DNA of 48,996 nt, taken from the NCBI GenBank assembly GCA_002720895.1, contig PBIP01000009.1, forward strand, positions 1 through 48,996, given 5' to 3'. A model generated the notes under the pieces. It saw only the letters and a list, made by a program, of their open reading frames with translations, made no database searches and had not been told where the DNA came from. This DNA is from Pelagibacteraceae bacterium. GTDB taxonomy: Bacteria > Pseudomonadota > Alphaproteobacteria > GCA-002720895. Position numbers and translations under genes: made by a program. This document shows, piece by piece, positions 48,106-48,996 of this stretch (positions are counted from its first letter, which is position 1; every line of letters begins with the position of its first letter).

Positions 48106-48996
48106 TCAAACTAAATTAACATTTCTACAATATCCGTTATCAATAAACCACTTTATAGCATCATTTATTGCAGATTTTGCAGTTTTATATTTATAATTTA
48201 ATTCTTTTTTAGCTTTTTCACTAGAAAAAAACATCTTTTTTTCTGCCATTCTTATCATATCAACTGTTAACATAGGGTTTTTAAGATTAAATAATCTGGC
48301 AAATATTTCAAAAATATACCCTATAGGATAAAGTGGTTTTCTAGGTAATTGTATTTTTGGTGGATTATGACCACACAAAACTGAAATCATCTCTAATATT
48401 TCTTTAAAAGAGAGATTTTCTCCACCAAGTATATATCTTTCTCCGAGTTTCCCCTTATGAAAAGCTTGCAAATGTCCTTTTGCCACGTCTTCAACATGAA
48501 CAATGTTTAAGCCAGTATCTAGGTAGGCAGGTATCTTTTTCATTGCTGCATCTAATATCATTTTTCCTGTTGGAGTTGGTTTAATATCTCTTGGACCAAC
48601 AGGAGCTGCTGGATTTACTATAACAACTGGGAGTCTTCTTTTTTTATATAATTCTTTTACTTTTTCCTCAGCTATAAATTTTGACTTTTTATAATGTCCT
48701 ATCATTTGATCTTTGCTGACTGGTGTTGTTTCATTAGCTATATCTCCATTAATTGGTTTTCCTAGAACAGCAACACTGCTTGTATAAACAATTTTCTCAA
48801 TTTCAGAGTTAATCGCCTCCTCCATTAAATTTTCTGTACCAGTTACATTATTTTGATAACTATCTTCAGCTTTTGGAACCCAAAGTCTATAGTCTGCTGC
48901 AACGTGAAATAAATATTTACAATCTTTCAAAGCCCATTTTAATGAATCTCTATCTTTTAAATCGCCTTCTACAGTTTCTACATCTAAATTCTTTAA
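48106..48996 (-). CDS. hpnA: hopanoid-associated NAD-dependent sugar epimerase/dehydratase HpnA-like, 5' end outside the window
   Basis: The frame is open to the window edge (...LKNLDVETVEGDLKDRDSLKWALKDCKYLFHVAADYRLW...). SDR extended-family YxxxK motif (HYKKSK). It is co-directional with ispH-hpnH. Confidence 0.78.
   Translation of the reverse strand, partial: LKNLDVETVEGDLKDRDSLKWALKDCKYLFHVAADYRLWVPKAEDSYQNNVTGTENLMEEAINSEIEKIVYTSSVAVLGKPINGDIANETTPVSKDQMIGHYKKSKFIAEEKVKELYKKRRLPVVIVNPAAPVGPRDIKPTPTGKMILDAAMKKIPAYLDTGLNIVHVEDVAKGHLQAFHKGKLGERYILGGENLSFKEILEMISVLCGHNPPKIQLPRKPLYPIGYIFEIFARLFNLKNPMLTVDMIRMAEKKMFFSSEKAKKELNYKYKTAKSAINDAIKWFIDNGYCRNVNLV

Noticed and set aside
1-48996. I scanned for CRISPR-like regular repeats, rRNA or tRNA signatures, toxin-antitoxin pairs, restriction-modification genes or other defence genes.
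   Set aside because: None was seen. Intergenic spaces are too short (at most about 110 nt apart from 20460-20715) and too AT-rich for tRNAs. Every long ORF except the three exported proteins and the 588-aa protein has a recognisable housekeeping or hopanoid function.

Overview
The window is extremely AT-rich, roughly 25-30% G+C by eye. It is about 96% coding, and the proteins are rich in Lys, Asn and Ile. The gene content and local synteny look like a streamlined free-living alphaproteobacterium, SAR11/Pelagibacterales-like. That assignment is an inference from class I LysRS, BolA-J protein-CobS-CobT, argJ-mutT divergent from secA, xerD divergent from aroK-aroB, and ctaA; I could not run a search. 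I support about 46 protein genes. I see no rRNA, tRNA, CRISPR array, transposase, phage gene or recognisable defence gene. Most of the window is core housekeeping:
- a co-directional rodZ-ispG-hisS-prfA-prmC string;
- lysC, ubiG, a peroxiredoxin, argJ, secA and accA;
- malyl-CoA lyase, xerD, aroK-aroB and cobS-cobT;
- rpmB, meaB with a B12-dependent methylmalonyl-CoA mutase, and pyrD;
- sufE, lysK, an FprA-type reductase, metY and ctaA.

The last 8 kb is the one accessory-looking region. It holds a hopanoid biosynthesis cluster: hpnC-hpnD-hpnE-shc, a small exported protein, then convergent hpnH-ispH-hpnA. Just upstream is a three-gene envelope module of two tandem paralogous exported proteins and a Gcw_chp-type outer-membrane protein. 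The outer-membrane protein gene is preceded by a near-perfect sigma-54 promoter match.

Other points worth a second look:
- a carbon-nitrogen hydrolase whose 5' end is out of frame at an A11 run;
- an in-frame A17 run inside xerD;
- three convergent gene pairs whose stop codons overlap in a TTAA palindrome;
- a single clear intrinsic terminator in 49 kb.

All protein calls rest on motif and family recognition from the supplied translations. Start codons are approximate where noted. I found no compelling evidence for a wholly new multi-gene system. The hopanoid-plus-envelope region is the best candidate.
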